From: Patescibacteria group bacterium
GTDB taxonomy: Bacteria; Patescibacteriota; Minisyncoccia; UBA6257
Reading direction: 5' to 3'
Assembly: GCA_030917555.1 (NCBI GenBank)
Contig: JAUPUN010000015.1
Span: 1-35,568 of the forward strand
Length of the DNA: 35,568 nt
In this document: positions 1-8,848 of the stretch, piece by piece
Numbering within the stretch: the stretch's first letter is position 1
Layout of the letters: each line of letters opens with the position of its first letter
The notes under the pieces: generated by a model
The model's input: only the letters and a program-made list of their open reading frames with translations
What the model was told of the DNA's origin: nothing
The model's database searches: none
Position numbers and translations under genes: made by a program

Positions 1-285
1 CAGAGAAAAGACAATGCCCAATTTTGGTACAGCAGAGAGGAGGGAGCAAGACATTAGTAAACCATACCACCAGGGTTGTTTGGCAATTTGAGCTAAGACT
101 ACAGAATTATAAACTGGAATTATTGCAGCCCAACCCGGCTTGCCTGCTTTGGTAAAAATTTTCCAAAAGGAGATAATCATTAAAAGACCAAAGGCAAACG
201 CTAGCAGAGTGATACCGATGCCAATACCCATGAAAGCACCGAGGGTAGTGGCAGCTGGCGCATATTCTGACATATAAGGATTCAT
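1..285 (-). CDS. DUF5684-like membrane protein, 3' end outside the window (absent from ORF track)
   Basis: Manual translation from ATG at 285: MNPYMSEYAPAATTLGAFMGIGIGITLLAFAFGLLMIISFWKIFTKAGKPGWAAIIPVYN...; WKIFTKAGKPGWAAIIP-YN is the family motif; frame open to window edge. Confidence 0.8.
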   Translation of the reverse strand, partial: MNPYMSEYAPAATTLGAFMGIGIGITLLAFAFGLLMIISFWKIFTKAGKPGWAAIIPVYNSVVLAQIAKQPWWYGLLMSCSLLSAVPKLGIVFSL

Positions 286-379
286 ATTTGTTTTTATTAA
301 TTCTTTAAATTATTTTCGACCTTTAGGCTTTAAATAGTTTAAGGCAAGACTGAGTTATTGTTAAAACAGTATTATTGTA

Positions 380-421
380 AGTATAAGGCTTTTTGAATTT
401 CAAGGCAAGATGTGATAGAAT
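380..421. promoter_or_regulatory. Overlapping divergent sigma70 promoters
   Basis: + strand TTGAAT(393-398)-17-TAGAAT(416-421) with extended TG; - strand TTGCCT(408-403)-17-TATACT(385-380). Confidence 0.6.
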
Positions 422-432
422 TTACTTTACTT

Positions 433-1689
433 ATGGTTAAAATCTTAGAAGATTTAAAAGATCGCGGTTTGATTTACCAAGCTACCAATTTAAAGGGATT
501 AGAGGAAAGATTAAAAAAGGGTAAGCTGGTTTTATACTGCGGTTTTGATCCAACTGCTCCTAGCTTGCATATTGGCCATCTTTTGCCCCTTATTACTTTA
601 AAAAGATTTGCCCTTTTTCAACAGAACCCTATCGTTTTAATTGGAGGTGGCACTGGGTTAATTGGTGATCCTAGTGGCAAAAGAGAAGAAAGGCCTCTTT
701 TAGAGGAAAAAAGAGTAAAAGAGTGGAGTGCTAGTTTAAAGCAACAAATTAAAAAAATTTTTCAAGATACCAATCTAGTGGTATTAAACAATAATCAATG
801 GCTCAATCGGGAAAAACTGGTTACCTTTTTAAGGGAGACAGGAAAATATTTTACTGTTTCTTATATGCTTTCCAAAGAATCGGTAAAAAATCGTCTAGAG
901 GAAGGGCTTTCTTTTACGGAATTTAGCTATATGCTTTTACAGGCTAATGATTTTTATCAATTAGCTAAGAAATATCATTGCGAATTGCAAATTGGAGGTA
1001 GCGATCAGTGGGGAAATATTACCGCTGGTATTGATTTGATAAAAAAGCGACTAAATCAAGAAGTTTTTGGCTTGTCCTTACCTCTTTTGACTAAAGAAGA
1101 CGGCACTAAATTTGGGAAAACCGAGCAAGGTACTATTTGGCTAGATGCTAAGCTCACTACTCCTTACCAATTTTATCAGTTTTGGTTTCAAACTAGTGAT
1201 CAGGAAGTAATTCCTTATTTGAAATATTTTACCTTTCTTTCAGCTGCTCAAATTGAAAATTTAGCCCAAAAAGTTCAATTTCAACCTGAAAAAAGAGAAG
1301 CACAAAGAGTTTTAGCTTTCGAAGTGACTCAATTTATTCATGGTAAAGAAGAAAGCCAACGAGCAGAAAAAATTTCCCAGAAACTTTTTTACGGGGAAAT
1401 TGAAAAATTAACCGAAGCAGAACTTACTACAGCTTTTCGAGCAGTTCCTACTACTATTTTACGACAGCAGCGTGAAATTCTGCTGGTAGATCTTTTAGTA
1501 GAGAGCGGTATTTCTTCTTCTAAACGGCAAGCTAGGGAAGATCTTCAAAGTCATAGCATCAGTATGAATGGAAAAATCTGCGATCAAGTCAATCAAATTA
1601 TTTCGCCCAAGGATTGCTTATTTGGTAGATATTTAATTCTAAAAAAAGGTAAAAAGAACTATCATTTAGTTACTTGGCTTAAAAGCTAA
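433..1689 (+). CDS. tyrS: Tyrosine--tRNA ligase
   Basis: GFDPTAPSLHIGH, QIGGSDQWGNI, KFGKT, C-terminal S4-like domain; ATG 433 preferred because GTG 412 lies in the promoter. Confidence 0.97.
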   Translation: MVKILEDLKDRGLIYQATNLKGLEERLKKGKLVLYCGFDPTAPSLHIGHLLPLITLKRFALFQQNPIVLIGGGTGLIGDPSGKREERPLLEEKRVKEWSASLKQQIKKIFQDTNLVVLNNNQWLNREKLVTFLRETGKYFTVSYMLSKESVKNRLEEGLSFTEFSYMLLQANDFYQLAKKYHCELQIGGSDQWGNITAGIDLIKKRLNQEVFGLSLPLLTKEDGTKFGKTEQGTIWLDAKLTTPYQFYQFWFQTSDQEVIPYLKYFTFLSAAQIENLAQKVQFQPEKREAQRVLAFEVTQFIHGKEESQRAEKISQKLFYGEIEKLTEAELTTAFRAVPTTILRQQREILLVDLLVESGISSSKRQAREDLQSHSISMNGKICDQVNQIISPKDCLFGRYLILKKGKKNYHLVTWLKS

Positions 1690-1706
1690 TTAAAAATAAT
1701 AAATTT

Positions 1707-2405
1707 ATGAAAAAAATTAATTGGACAACTGTTATTGTTATCATTTTAATTATCTCTTTTCTAATTGGCTATGGAGAGTTATTCGCGCCCAAAGCTCAAA
1801 ATAATTTAAGCGCTCTTTGCCAAGGTAAAGCTCTTCAAATAAAAGACTTAAAAGAAATTGAACCTCTTGGCGCTGCTACTAGTACTATTTTAGTAGAGGT
1901 ATATTCTGATTATCAATGCCCTGCTTGTGCTAAATATTATTATGAAAGTATTAAACCTTTGGTACAAGATTATGTAGCTACCAATAAAGTTAAATTACTT
2001 TTTCATGATCTTGCTTTTGAGGGTAATAGGTCTCAATGGGCAGCAGAAGGGGCATATTGCGCTAATGATCAAGGTAAATTTTGGGATTATCATGATGCCC
2101 TGTTGAGTTTAAGATATGAAACTAATAGTACTGAATTTTATGAAAAAGCCAATCTAGAAAATCTCGCCCAATCTTTAGGGTTAGATGAATGTGAATTTTA
2201 TTTTTGTTTAGAGTCCGGTAAATATTTGAATCTAGTTAAAAATAACACCGAAGAAGCTTTGAAGACAATTACAGGCACCCCTGCTACTTTTCTTAATGGT
2301 AGTCTTTTAGCCAATGAGAAAGGTGAAAATTTAGGAGCAGTGTCTTATGAAACTTTAAAAACTAAAATTGATACCTTGTTAGGGTCTCAAAATAATAATC
2401 AATAA
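1707..2405 (+). CDS. DsbA-family membrane-anchored thiol-disulfide oxidoreductase
   Basis: N-terminal TM helix, YSDYQCPAC, CANDQGKFWDYHD, GTPATF cis-Pro loop. Confidence 0.9.
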   Translation: MKKINWTTVIVIILIISFLIGYGELFAPKAQNNLSALCQGKALQIKDLKEIEPLGAATSTILVEVYSDYQCPACAKYYYESIKPLVQDYVATNKVKLLFHDLAFEGNRSQWAAEGAYCANDQGKFWDYHDALLSLRYETNSTEFYEKANLENLAQSLGLDECEFYFCLESGKYLNLVKNNTEEALKTITGTPATFLNGSLLANEKGENLGAVSYETLKTKIDTLLGSQNNNQ

Positions 2406-2422
2406 AATAATTAAATAAATTT

Positions 2423-2668
2423 ATGAAAGTTACAGTTTATTCTACTCCTGCCTGTCCTTGGTGTCACTTAGCCAAAGAGTTTCTGACAGAGCATCAGATA
2501 CCTTTTGAAGAGGTAGATGTTTCTCAAGATGAAGCTAAGGCTCAAGAAATGATTTTAAAATCTGGCCAAATGGGAGTACCAGTAATTGAGATTGATGGTC
2601 AGATAGTGATTGGCTTTAATAAGCCTCGTTTGGAAGAATTATTAGGTTTAAATCATGAAGGCTCCTAA
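2423..2668 (+). CDS. Glutaredoxin-like (NrdH/YruB-type) protein
   Basis: YSTPACPWC, SGQMGVPVI, IVIGF. Confidence 0.92.
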   Translation: MKVTVYSTPACPWCHLAKEFLTEHQIPFEEVDVSQDEAKAQEMILKSGQMGVPVIEIDGQIVIGFNKPRLEELLGLNHEGS

Positions 2669-3164
2669 GGAAGAATTAGTAGTTGTTTTAGATAATATTC
2701 GCAGCACCTACAATGTAGGTGCTATTTTTAGAACAGCTGACGGAGCAGGAGTAAGTAAAATGTACTTGAGTGGTATTACCCCAGCTCCACCTCATCCTAA
2801 AATTAGTAAAGTTGCTTTAGGGGCAGAAAATTATGTTCCTTGGGAGAAAGTGTCTCAAACTTGGCGGTTGCTTGATGATTTAAAAAAACAAGATTATTTT
2901 TTAATAGCTCTTGAGCAGCAGGCTAAGGCCAAAAATATTTTTAGCTTAAATAAATTAAAGCATCGTAAGTTAGCCTTAATTGTAGGACCAGAAGTAAAGG
3001 GTTTATCTTCCAGAATTTTAAGCAGGGTTGATTTAATTTTAGAAATTCCCATGTGGGGAGCCAAGGAATCATTAAATGTCTCAGTAGCTTTTGGTATTGC
3101 TATCTATCAACTAAAAAAACTTTTACTAGGGCAGTCTTTTGGAAAGGAGAAAAATTTGTTATAA
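2655..3164 (+). CDS. TrmH/SpoU-family RNA methyltransferase
   Basis: LDNIRSTYNVGAIFRTAD, GPEVKG, IPMWGAKESLNVSVA SPOUT motifs. Confidence 0.92.
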   Translation: MKAPKEELVVVLDNIRSTYNVGAIFRTADGAGVSKMYLSGITPAPPHPKISKVALGAENYVPWEKVSQTWRLLDDLKKQDYFLIALEQQAKAKNIFSLNKLKHRKLALIVGPEVKGLSSRILSRVDLILEIPMWGAKESLNVSVAFGIAIYQLKKLLLGQSFGKEKNLL

Positions 3165-3172
3165 TTAAGGCA

Positions 3173-3844
3173 ATGAAGAAATGGCTACCTTATCTTTTAC
3201 TTCTAGTAATTCTAGCAATAGGTTTAATAAGTTGGTTTTTGGAGACAGGAAAACAGCGCCTTCCTGAGGAACTTTCGGTTGATGCTTCTTCTCAAATTTT
3301 AAATAGTAGAGTAACCATGGAGAAAAAAATTTTAATGGTGATCGCTTTTCGAGATTTTAAGGATGAAGAATATTTTGTAACTAAGGAGGTGTTAGAAAAT
3401 GCTGGTTTTACTGTAGAGACTACGAGTAGTCGGAGTGGTATAGCTTTAGGGGTTGATGGCGGTGAAGTAGAAATTAAGATTTTACCAAAAGATATCAAAG
3501 TAACTGATTATGCAGCTGTAGTTTTTGTAGGAGGTCCTGGTATTAGTACAGAAATTACTAATTCTGATTTTCAATTATTAGCTCAAGAATTTAATCAGGA
3601 AGGCAAGATAGTGGCTGCGATTTGCTTAGCGCCGGAGCTTTTAGCTCAAGCTGGTCTCTTGAAGAATAAAAAAGCGACTGTTTGGTCTTCTCCTTTTGAC
3701 AAAAGTGCTATTAAATTTTTAGAGCAACAAGGAGCCCATTATCAAAATGAAGCAGTAGTAATCGATCAAAATATTATTACTGCTAATGGACCAAGTGCAG
3801 CACAAGCTTTTGGCGAAGCTTTAGTTCGTACTCTCATTTTTTAA
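3173..3844 (+). CDS. DJ-1/PfpI-family protein with N-terminal membrane anchor
   Basis: FKDEE, FVGGPG, AAICLAP nucleophile, IITANGP; ATG 3173 (MKKWLPYLLL) follows upstream stop; alternative start 3317. Confidence 0.88.
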   Translation: MKKWLPYLLLLVILAIGLISWFLETGKQRLPEELSVDASSQILNSRVTMEKKILMVIAFRDFKDEEYFVTKEVLENAGFTVETTSSRSGIALGVDGGEVEIKILPKDIKVTDYAAVVFVGGPGISTEITNSDFQLLAQEFNQEGKIVAAICLAPELLAQAGLLKNKKATVWSSPFDKSAIKFLEQQGAHYQNEAVVIDQNIITANGPSAAQAFGEALVRTLIF

Positions 3845-3867
3845 TTTTAATCTAATTTTTAATTATT

Positions 3868-4947
3868 ATGCGTATTGCTCTTAATGGTTTTGGGAGAATA
3901 GGTCGAGCTTTTTTTAAGCTGGCTTTAGCAGAACCTAATTTAGAGATAGTGGCTGTTAATGATTTAACTAGCATTGAAGATATTATTTATTTATTGTATC
4001 ACGATACTGTTTATGGTTTTTATGATCACAAAATTGCTTATACTGCTTCTGATCCTGAACAACCTTTTCTTAATGATTTAAGATTTAAAAATAGCAAATC
4101 TTTACCTGCTAGTTCTTTTAATGTTGATGGAGGTAAGGAAATTTTTTATTTTCAGGAAAAAGATCCTGCCAATCTGCCGTGGCGAGAACTTAATATTGAG
4201 GTAGTAATTGAAGCCACTGGCGTTTTTGAAGATTTTATTAAAGCAAAGAGTCATCTTGGAGCAGGAGCTAAAAAAGTAATTATTACTGCGCCAGCTAAAG
4301 GTGAAGAAGGAAAGGATGGTAGAACTGTTTTATTAAATATTAATGAAGAAGAACTTTTGAAGTTTGAGGTAATTTCTAATGGTTCTTGTACTACCAATGC
4401 AGTAGCACCGGTTTTGGCTATTTTAGCTGAAAGACTCGGCATTAAAAAAGCCCTCTTAAACACTGTTCATGCCTATACTGCTACTCAAAATTTAGTGGAT
4501 GGAACTACTAAAGGTAAGGATTTACTACGGGGCCGAGCTGCTGCTCAAAATATCGTTCCGGCTACCACTGGCGCCGCCTTGGCGGTAACTAAAGTCTTAA
4601 AACAATTAGATCAAAAATTTGATGGTCTAGCAGTGAGAGTACCAGTAGTTTGTGGTTCTTTAGCTGATTTAACTTTTGTAAGTGAGAGAGTTACTACTCC
4701 GGAAGAAATAAATAAAATTTTAGCTGATGCGAGTAAAGAGGAAAAATGGAAAAATATTTTAGAAGTTCATTATGAACCCTTAGTGTCTTCCGATATTATT
4801 AAAAATACCCATCCTGCTATTATAGATTTAAGTTTTACTAAAGTAGTGGCAGGAGATTTATGTAAAGTTTTTGTTTGGTATGATAACGAATGGGGGTATG
4901 CCTGGACCTTAGTGGAACAATTAAAAAGGCTTCAAGCTATTTTATGA
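3868..4947 (+). CDS. gap: Type I glyceraldehyde-3-phosphate dehydrogenase
   Basis: NGFGRIGR, SNGSCTTN, WYDNEWGY. Confidence 0.97.
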   Translation: MRIALNGFGRIGRAFFKLALAEPNLEIVAVNDLTSIEDIIYLLYHDTVYGFYDHKIAYTASDPEQPFLNDLRFKNSKSLPASSFNVDGGKEIFYFQEKDPANLPWRELNIEVVIEATGVFEDFIKAKSHLGAGAKKVIITAPAKGEEGKDGRTVLLNINEEELLKFEVISNGSCTTNAVAPVLAILAERLGIKKALLNTVHAYTATQNLVDGTTKGKDLLRGRAAAQNIVPATTGAALAVTKVLKQLDQKFDGLAVRVPVVCGSLADLTFVSERVTTPEEINKILADASKEEKWKNILEVHYEPLVSSDIIKNTHPAIIDLSFTKVVAGDLCKVFVWYDNEWGYAWTLVEQLKRLQAIL

Positions 4948-5402
4948 TTTATTTAGGAGCTGATCATCGTGGTTTTTATTTAAAAGAGAGATTAAAAGAA
5001 TATTTACAAGCTATTCATCAAGATTTTGAAGATTTGGGGAATTTCGTTTATGATGTTCAAGATGATTATCCTGACTTCGCTCGTTTAGTAGCGCAAAAAA
5101 TTTCTCGCCGACCCAAAAATAATTTTGGTATTTTAATTTGTGGTTCTGGTCAGGGCATGAACATAGTGGCTAATAAATACCCAAAGATTAGAAGCGCTCT
5201 TTGTCTTTCTCGTTGGATGGCTCAGCAGGCTCGAAGAGATGATGATGCTAATATTTTAGTTTTGGCTGCTGATTTTACTGATACCCAAACCGCTTTCTCT
5301 ATCATCAAGACTTTTTTAAATACGAAAGCCTCACAGCAAATGCGTTTTAAAAGAAGGCTAAAGAAAATTGCGTTGTTAGAAAAAAAATTATTTAAGTATT
5401 AA
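4944..5402 (+). CDS. rpiB: Ribose-5-phosphate isomerase B
   Basis: GADHRG, DDYPD, CGSGQG, ANK; ATGA overlap with gap stop. Confidence 0.93.
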   Translation: MIYLGADHRGFYLKERLKEYLQAIHQDFEDLGNFVYDVQDDYPDFARLVAQKISRRPKNNFGILICGSGQGMNIVANKYPKIRSALCLSRWMAQQARRDDDANILVLAADFTDTQTAFSIIKTFLNTKASQQMRFKRRLKKIALLEKKLFKY

Positions 5403-5407
5403 ATTTT

Positions 5408-6076
5408 ATGGCCTTAGTGCGAGATTTAATTCCAGTAATTAATGTAAAAACTAGAAAAAAATTCGAAGAAAGGTTTCGTTATCTTTTAGATTTTGAAGGA
5501 GTTTTTCAAATAGATGTAGCTGATGGTAAATTTACTGCTTGGAAAAGCTGGAATGCTCCAGCAGATTTAAAAGAAATAAAAGGATTACGTCATAATTTTG
5601 AGGTTCATTTAATGGTAGCTCATCCGGAAATAGAAGTCCCCTATTGGCTGGAAGCTCAGCCTCAAAGAATAATTGTGCAGGAAGAAGCCGTAAAAAATTT
5701 TCCATTTTTATTAAAACAATGCGAGGAAAGAAAAATAGAATTAGCTTTAGCTTTAAAGCCAGAAACACCTCTTGAAGCTTTAAAAGATTATCTCAAGCAG
5801 GTGAATTATTTAGTATTACTTTGTGTTGATCCTGGTCCTTCCGGTCAAAAATTTCAGTGGTATGTTTTAGATAAAATTAAAGCTTTAAGGCAAAAATACC
5901 CTCTTTTAAACATCGAAGCTGATGGTGGTATTAATCAAAATAATCTAGAAGAAGTTTTAAAAGCTGGAGCTAATTATCTGGCTTTGGGCTCTGCTCTTTT
6001 TGAAGCAAATAATCCTAAGCAGCAGATCGCAGAGCTGAGGCAAATTATTAAGAAATATGAAACAAAAGAGAAATAA
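5408..6076 (+). CDS. rpe: Ribulose-phosphate 3-epimerase
   Basis: IDVADGKF, EVHLMV, PGPSGQKF, EADGGIN; operon context. Confidence 0.9.
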   Translation: MALVRDLIPVINVKTRKKFEERFRYLLDFEGVFQIDVADGKFTAWKSWNAPADLKEIKGLRHNFEVHLMVAHPEIEVPYWLEAQPQRIIVQEEAVKNFPFLLKQCEERKIELALALKPETPLEALKDYLKQVNYLVLLCVDPGPSGQKFQWYVLDKIKALRQKYPLLNIEADGGINQNNLEEVLKAGANYLALGSALFEANNPKQQIAELRQIIKKYETKEK

Positions 6077-6929
6077 ACAAGCTGAAAGAATTGCCTCGCT
6101 AGAAGAATTATCTCTAAAAATTAGGCAAGAGATCATCCAAATGCTTCTGGAGGCTAAATCAGGTCATTGCGCCGGCCCTTTGGGAGCAGTAGAACAATAC
6201 GTAGCTTTATATTTTGGAGGTATCTTAAAGTATGATGCTAAAAATCCTGATTGGCCGGAACGGGATCGAGTAGTAGTTTCTAACGGTCATTATGCTCCTT
6301 TACTTTATGCTATTTTAGCAGAAGCAGGCTATTTCCCCAGGGATGAATTAAAAAATTTACGGAAATTAGGTTCGCCACTCCAAGGGCATCCTTACCGTCT
6401 TGGTCTGAAGGGAGTGGAAACTTCCTCTGGGCCGGTAGGAGAAGGACTCTCGCAAGCAGTGGGTATGGCTTTAGGCTTGAAATTAGATAAAATTAAATCT
6501 CAGGTATATTGCCTGATGGGAGATGGCGAGCAAGATTGCGGCAGTACTTGGGAAGCAGCGATGCTGGCTGCTAAATACCAATTAGATAATTTAACAGTTT
6601 TAATTGATAGAAATAATATTCAAATAGATGGGTTTACTGAAAAAGTTTTACCTCTAGAACCATTAAAAGAAAAATACGAAGCTTTCGGCTGGAAAGTATT
6701 AGAAGTCGATGGCCATAATCTTGAGGAAATAATTAGTGCTCTTTTGAAAGCTAAGTCTTTATTTGCGAAGCCAGTAGCGATTATTTGTCATACTATTCCT
6801 GGTAAAGGCATTGATTTTATGGAATGGGAATATCAGTGGCACGGTAAAGTGCCCAATTCGAGAGAGGCTGAAGAAGCATTAAGGCAGCTTCGTTCTCTTA
6901 AAGGTAAAATTCAATCAGAATTAGACTGA
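6057..6929 (+). CDS. Transketolase N-terminal (TPP-binding) subunit
   Basis: SGH, RDRVVVSNGH, LQGHP, GDGE...N, WHGK. Confidence 0.93.
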   Translation: MKQKRNKQAERIASLEELSLKIRQEIIQMLLEAKSGHCAGPLGAVEQYVALYFGGILKYDAKNPDWPERDRVVVSNGHYAPLLYAILAEAGYFPRDELKNLRKLGSPLQGHPYRLGLKGVETSSGPVGEGLSQAVGMALGLKLDKIKSQVYCLMGDGEQDCGSTWEAAMLAAKYQLDNLTVLIDRNNIQIDGFTEKVLPLEPLKEKYEAFGWKVLEVDGHNLEEIISALLKAKSLFAKPVAIICHTIPGKGIDFMEWEYQWHGKVPNSREAEEALRQLRSLKGKIQSELD

Positions 6930-6940
6930 TAGATAACGAA

Positions 6941-7035
6941 CAATTTTTAATTTCCAATGTTTAATTTTATAAATAATGCCTTAATGATTTAATTTTTAAA
7001 CATTAAAAATTACAAAATTAAAAATTTGAAAATTT
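6941..7035. repeat. AT-rich quasi-palindromic 8-mer repeat element, copy 1
   Basis: TTTTTAA-type units followed by AAAATTAC/AAAATTAA/AAAATTTG units; 7002-7026 is the exact reverse complement of 31468-31492. Confidence 0.6.
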
Positions 7036-7043
7036 ATTGCCTT

Positions 7044-8042
7044 ATGCTTAATCCGGAATTAAAATTAAATAGTGGCTTATTTTCAGAGAAAGCTGAAATA
7101 AAATCCATGAGAGATGGATTTGGAGAAGGGTTAGTTTTAGCTGGAGAATTGAACCATCAAGTAGTGGCTCTTTGTGCTGATGTCACAGAATCTTTGAGAA
7201 TGAATTTATTTCGAGACCGTTTTCCGGAAAGATTTTTTGAGTTAGGAGTTGCTGAACAAAATATGATCGGTGTGGCTTCTGGTTTGGCGGCCACTGGCAA
7301 GATTCCGGTAGTGGGGAGTTATGCTGTTTTTTCTCCAGGAAGAAATTGGGAACAGATTAGAACCACTATTTGCTACAATCAGCAAAAAGTAATTTTAGTT
7401 GGTTCTCACGGTGGTTTAAATGTAGGGCCAGACGGTGGTTCCCATCAAGCCTTAGAAGATTTAGCCTTAACTCGTGTTTTGCCTCAACTAGCAGTAATCA
7501 GTCCTTGCGATTATTGGGAGGCTCGAAAAGCACTTCTTGAAGCTCTTACTTATCCTACCTCTGTTTATCTAAGATTAGCCAGAGCCACGGGGCCAGTTAT
7601 AACTAGCCCCGAGACTCCTTTTCAAATAGGGAAAGCTCAGGTTTTTTGGCTTCCTGAAGAGCCTTTTTCTGGAATTACAGTAGTGGCCACTGGTTTTTTA
7701 GTTTTTGAAGCCTTAAAGGCAGCCCAAGAATTAGCTCAAGAAAAAATTAACATTGCGGTAATTAATAATTCTACTATTAAACCTTTAGACCAAACTTTAA
7801 TCCTAGCATGGGCCCAGAAATCCAAATTAATTTTAACTTTAGAAGAGCATCAAAAATTTGGTGGGATGGGTTCTACTGTCAGCGAATTTTTGAGTGCTAC
7901 TTATCCGGTGCCAATGCATTTCTTGGGAGTAGCTGATACTTTCGGCGAATCAGGAGAAGCTCAAGAGCTAATTAAAAAATATGGTCTTTCTAAAGATAGC
8001 CTAAAAGAAGTAATAAAAACATTGCTAATTGAAAAATTATGA
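7044..8042 (+). CDS. Transketolase C-terminal subunit
   Basis: GVAEQNM, GPDGGSHQALED, YLRL, EEHQKFGGMG; ATG 7044 preferred over TTG inside the repeat. Confidence 0.93.
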   Translation: MLNPELKLNSGLFSEKAEIKSMRDGFGEGLVLAGELNHQVVALCADVTESLRMNLFRDRFPERFFELGVAEQNMIGVASGLAATGKIPVVGSYAVFSPGRNWEQIRTTICYNQQKVILVGSHGGLNVGPDGGSHQALEDLALTRVLPQLAVISPCDYWEARKALLEALTYPTSVYLRLARATGPVITSPETPFQIGKAQVFWLPEEPFSGITVVATGFLVFEALKAAQELAQEKINIAVINNSTIKPLDQTLILAWAQKSKLILTLEEHQKFGGMGSTVSEFLSATYPVPMHFLGVADTFGESGEAQELIKKYGLSKDSLKEVIKTLLIEKL

Positions 8043-8794
8043 AGAATACTTTAAAACCATTTTTTAAAAATAATAAAGCTTTATTTTTAGCTTATGATCA
8101 TGGCTTTGAACACGGTCCTAAAGATTTAATCGGTCTGGGCACTCGGCCTGAAGCAATTGTAGATTTAGCTTTAAGGGGTGGTTATACTGGTCTTATTCTT
8201 CAAAAAGGTTTAGCTGAACATTATTACTCTCGAAAAGTACAAACAAAACAACTGTCTTTAATTATAAAACTTAACGGGAAAACTAATCTCTTAACAGAAG
8301 AGCCCTATGCTGCCTTAAATTGTTCAGTAGCTTATGCTAAAAAATTAGGTGCTCAAGCAGTTGGCTACACTATTTATTTGGGAAGTGAAAAAGAAGCTCA
8401 AATGTTTGAAGATTTCGGTAAGGTTGAAGAAGAAGCTCATCGCTTAGGCTTAGCAGTAATGGTTTGGATGTATCCCAGAGGTAAAAAAGTAACTCCTGAA
8501 CTTTTACCTCAGTTAACGCTTTATGGAGTTCGTTTAGGTTTAGAATTAGGAGCTGATTTAATTAAAATTAAAGATCCTGGTTCATTTGAACTTTTAAAAC
8601 AAACAGTAGAACTAGCTGGGGACTCAAAAATTATTTTGTCAGGAGGAGAAAAAATAGCAGAAGAGGAGTTTCTTGATTTAGTGAGAAAATCAGTCAAAGC
8701 TGGAGTGGCTGGCTTAGCAGTAGGAAGAAATATTTGGCAGCGGGAGAATCCTTTTGTCATTACCGAAGAAATCAAAAAAATTCTTTGGAATTAA
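8039..8794 (+). CDS. Class I (DhnA/FbaB-type) fructose-bisphosphate aldolase
   Basis: LAYDHGFEHGP, WMYPRG, ELGADLIKIK (Schiff-base Lys), GRNIWQ. Confidence 0.9.
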   Translation: MKNTLKPFFKNNKALFLAYDHGFEHGPKDLIGLGTRPEAIVDLALRGGYTGLILQKGLAEHYYSRKVQTKQLSLIIKLNGKTNLLTEEPYAALNCSVAYAKKLGAQAVGYTIYLGSEKEAQMFEDFGKVEEEAHRLGLAVMVWMYPRGKKVTPELLPQLTLYGVRLGLELGADLIKIKDPGSFELLKQTVELAGDSKIILSGGEKIAEEEFLDLVRKSVKAGVAGLAVGRNIWQRENPFVITEEIKKILWN

Positions 8795-8810
8795 TTAGCT
8801 TGAGAGAAAA

Positions 8811-8839
8811 TTGCTTTTTTCTTTAATTTTAGCTATAAT
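8811..8839 (+). promoter_or_regulatory. sigma70 promoter of rplY
   Basis: TTGCTT-17-TATAAT, 9 nt before the ATG. Confidence 0.7.
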
Positions 8840-8848
8840 ATCTTCATT

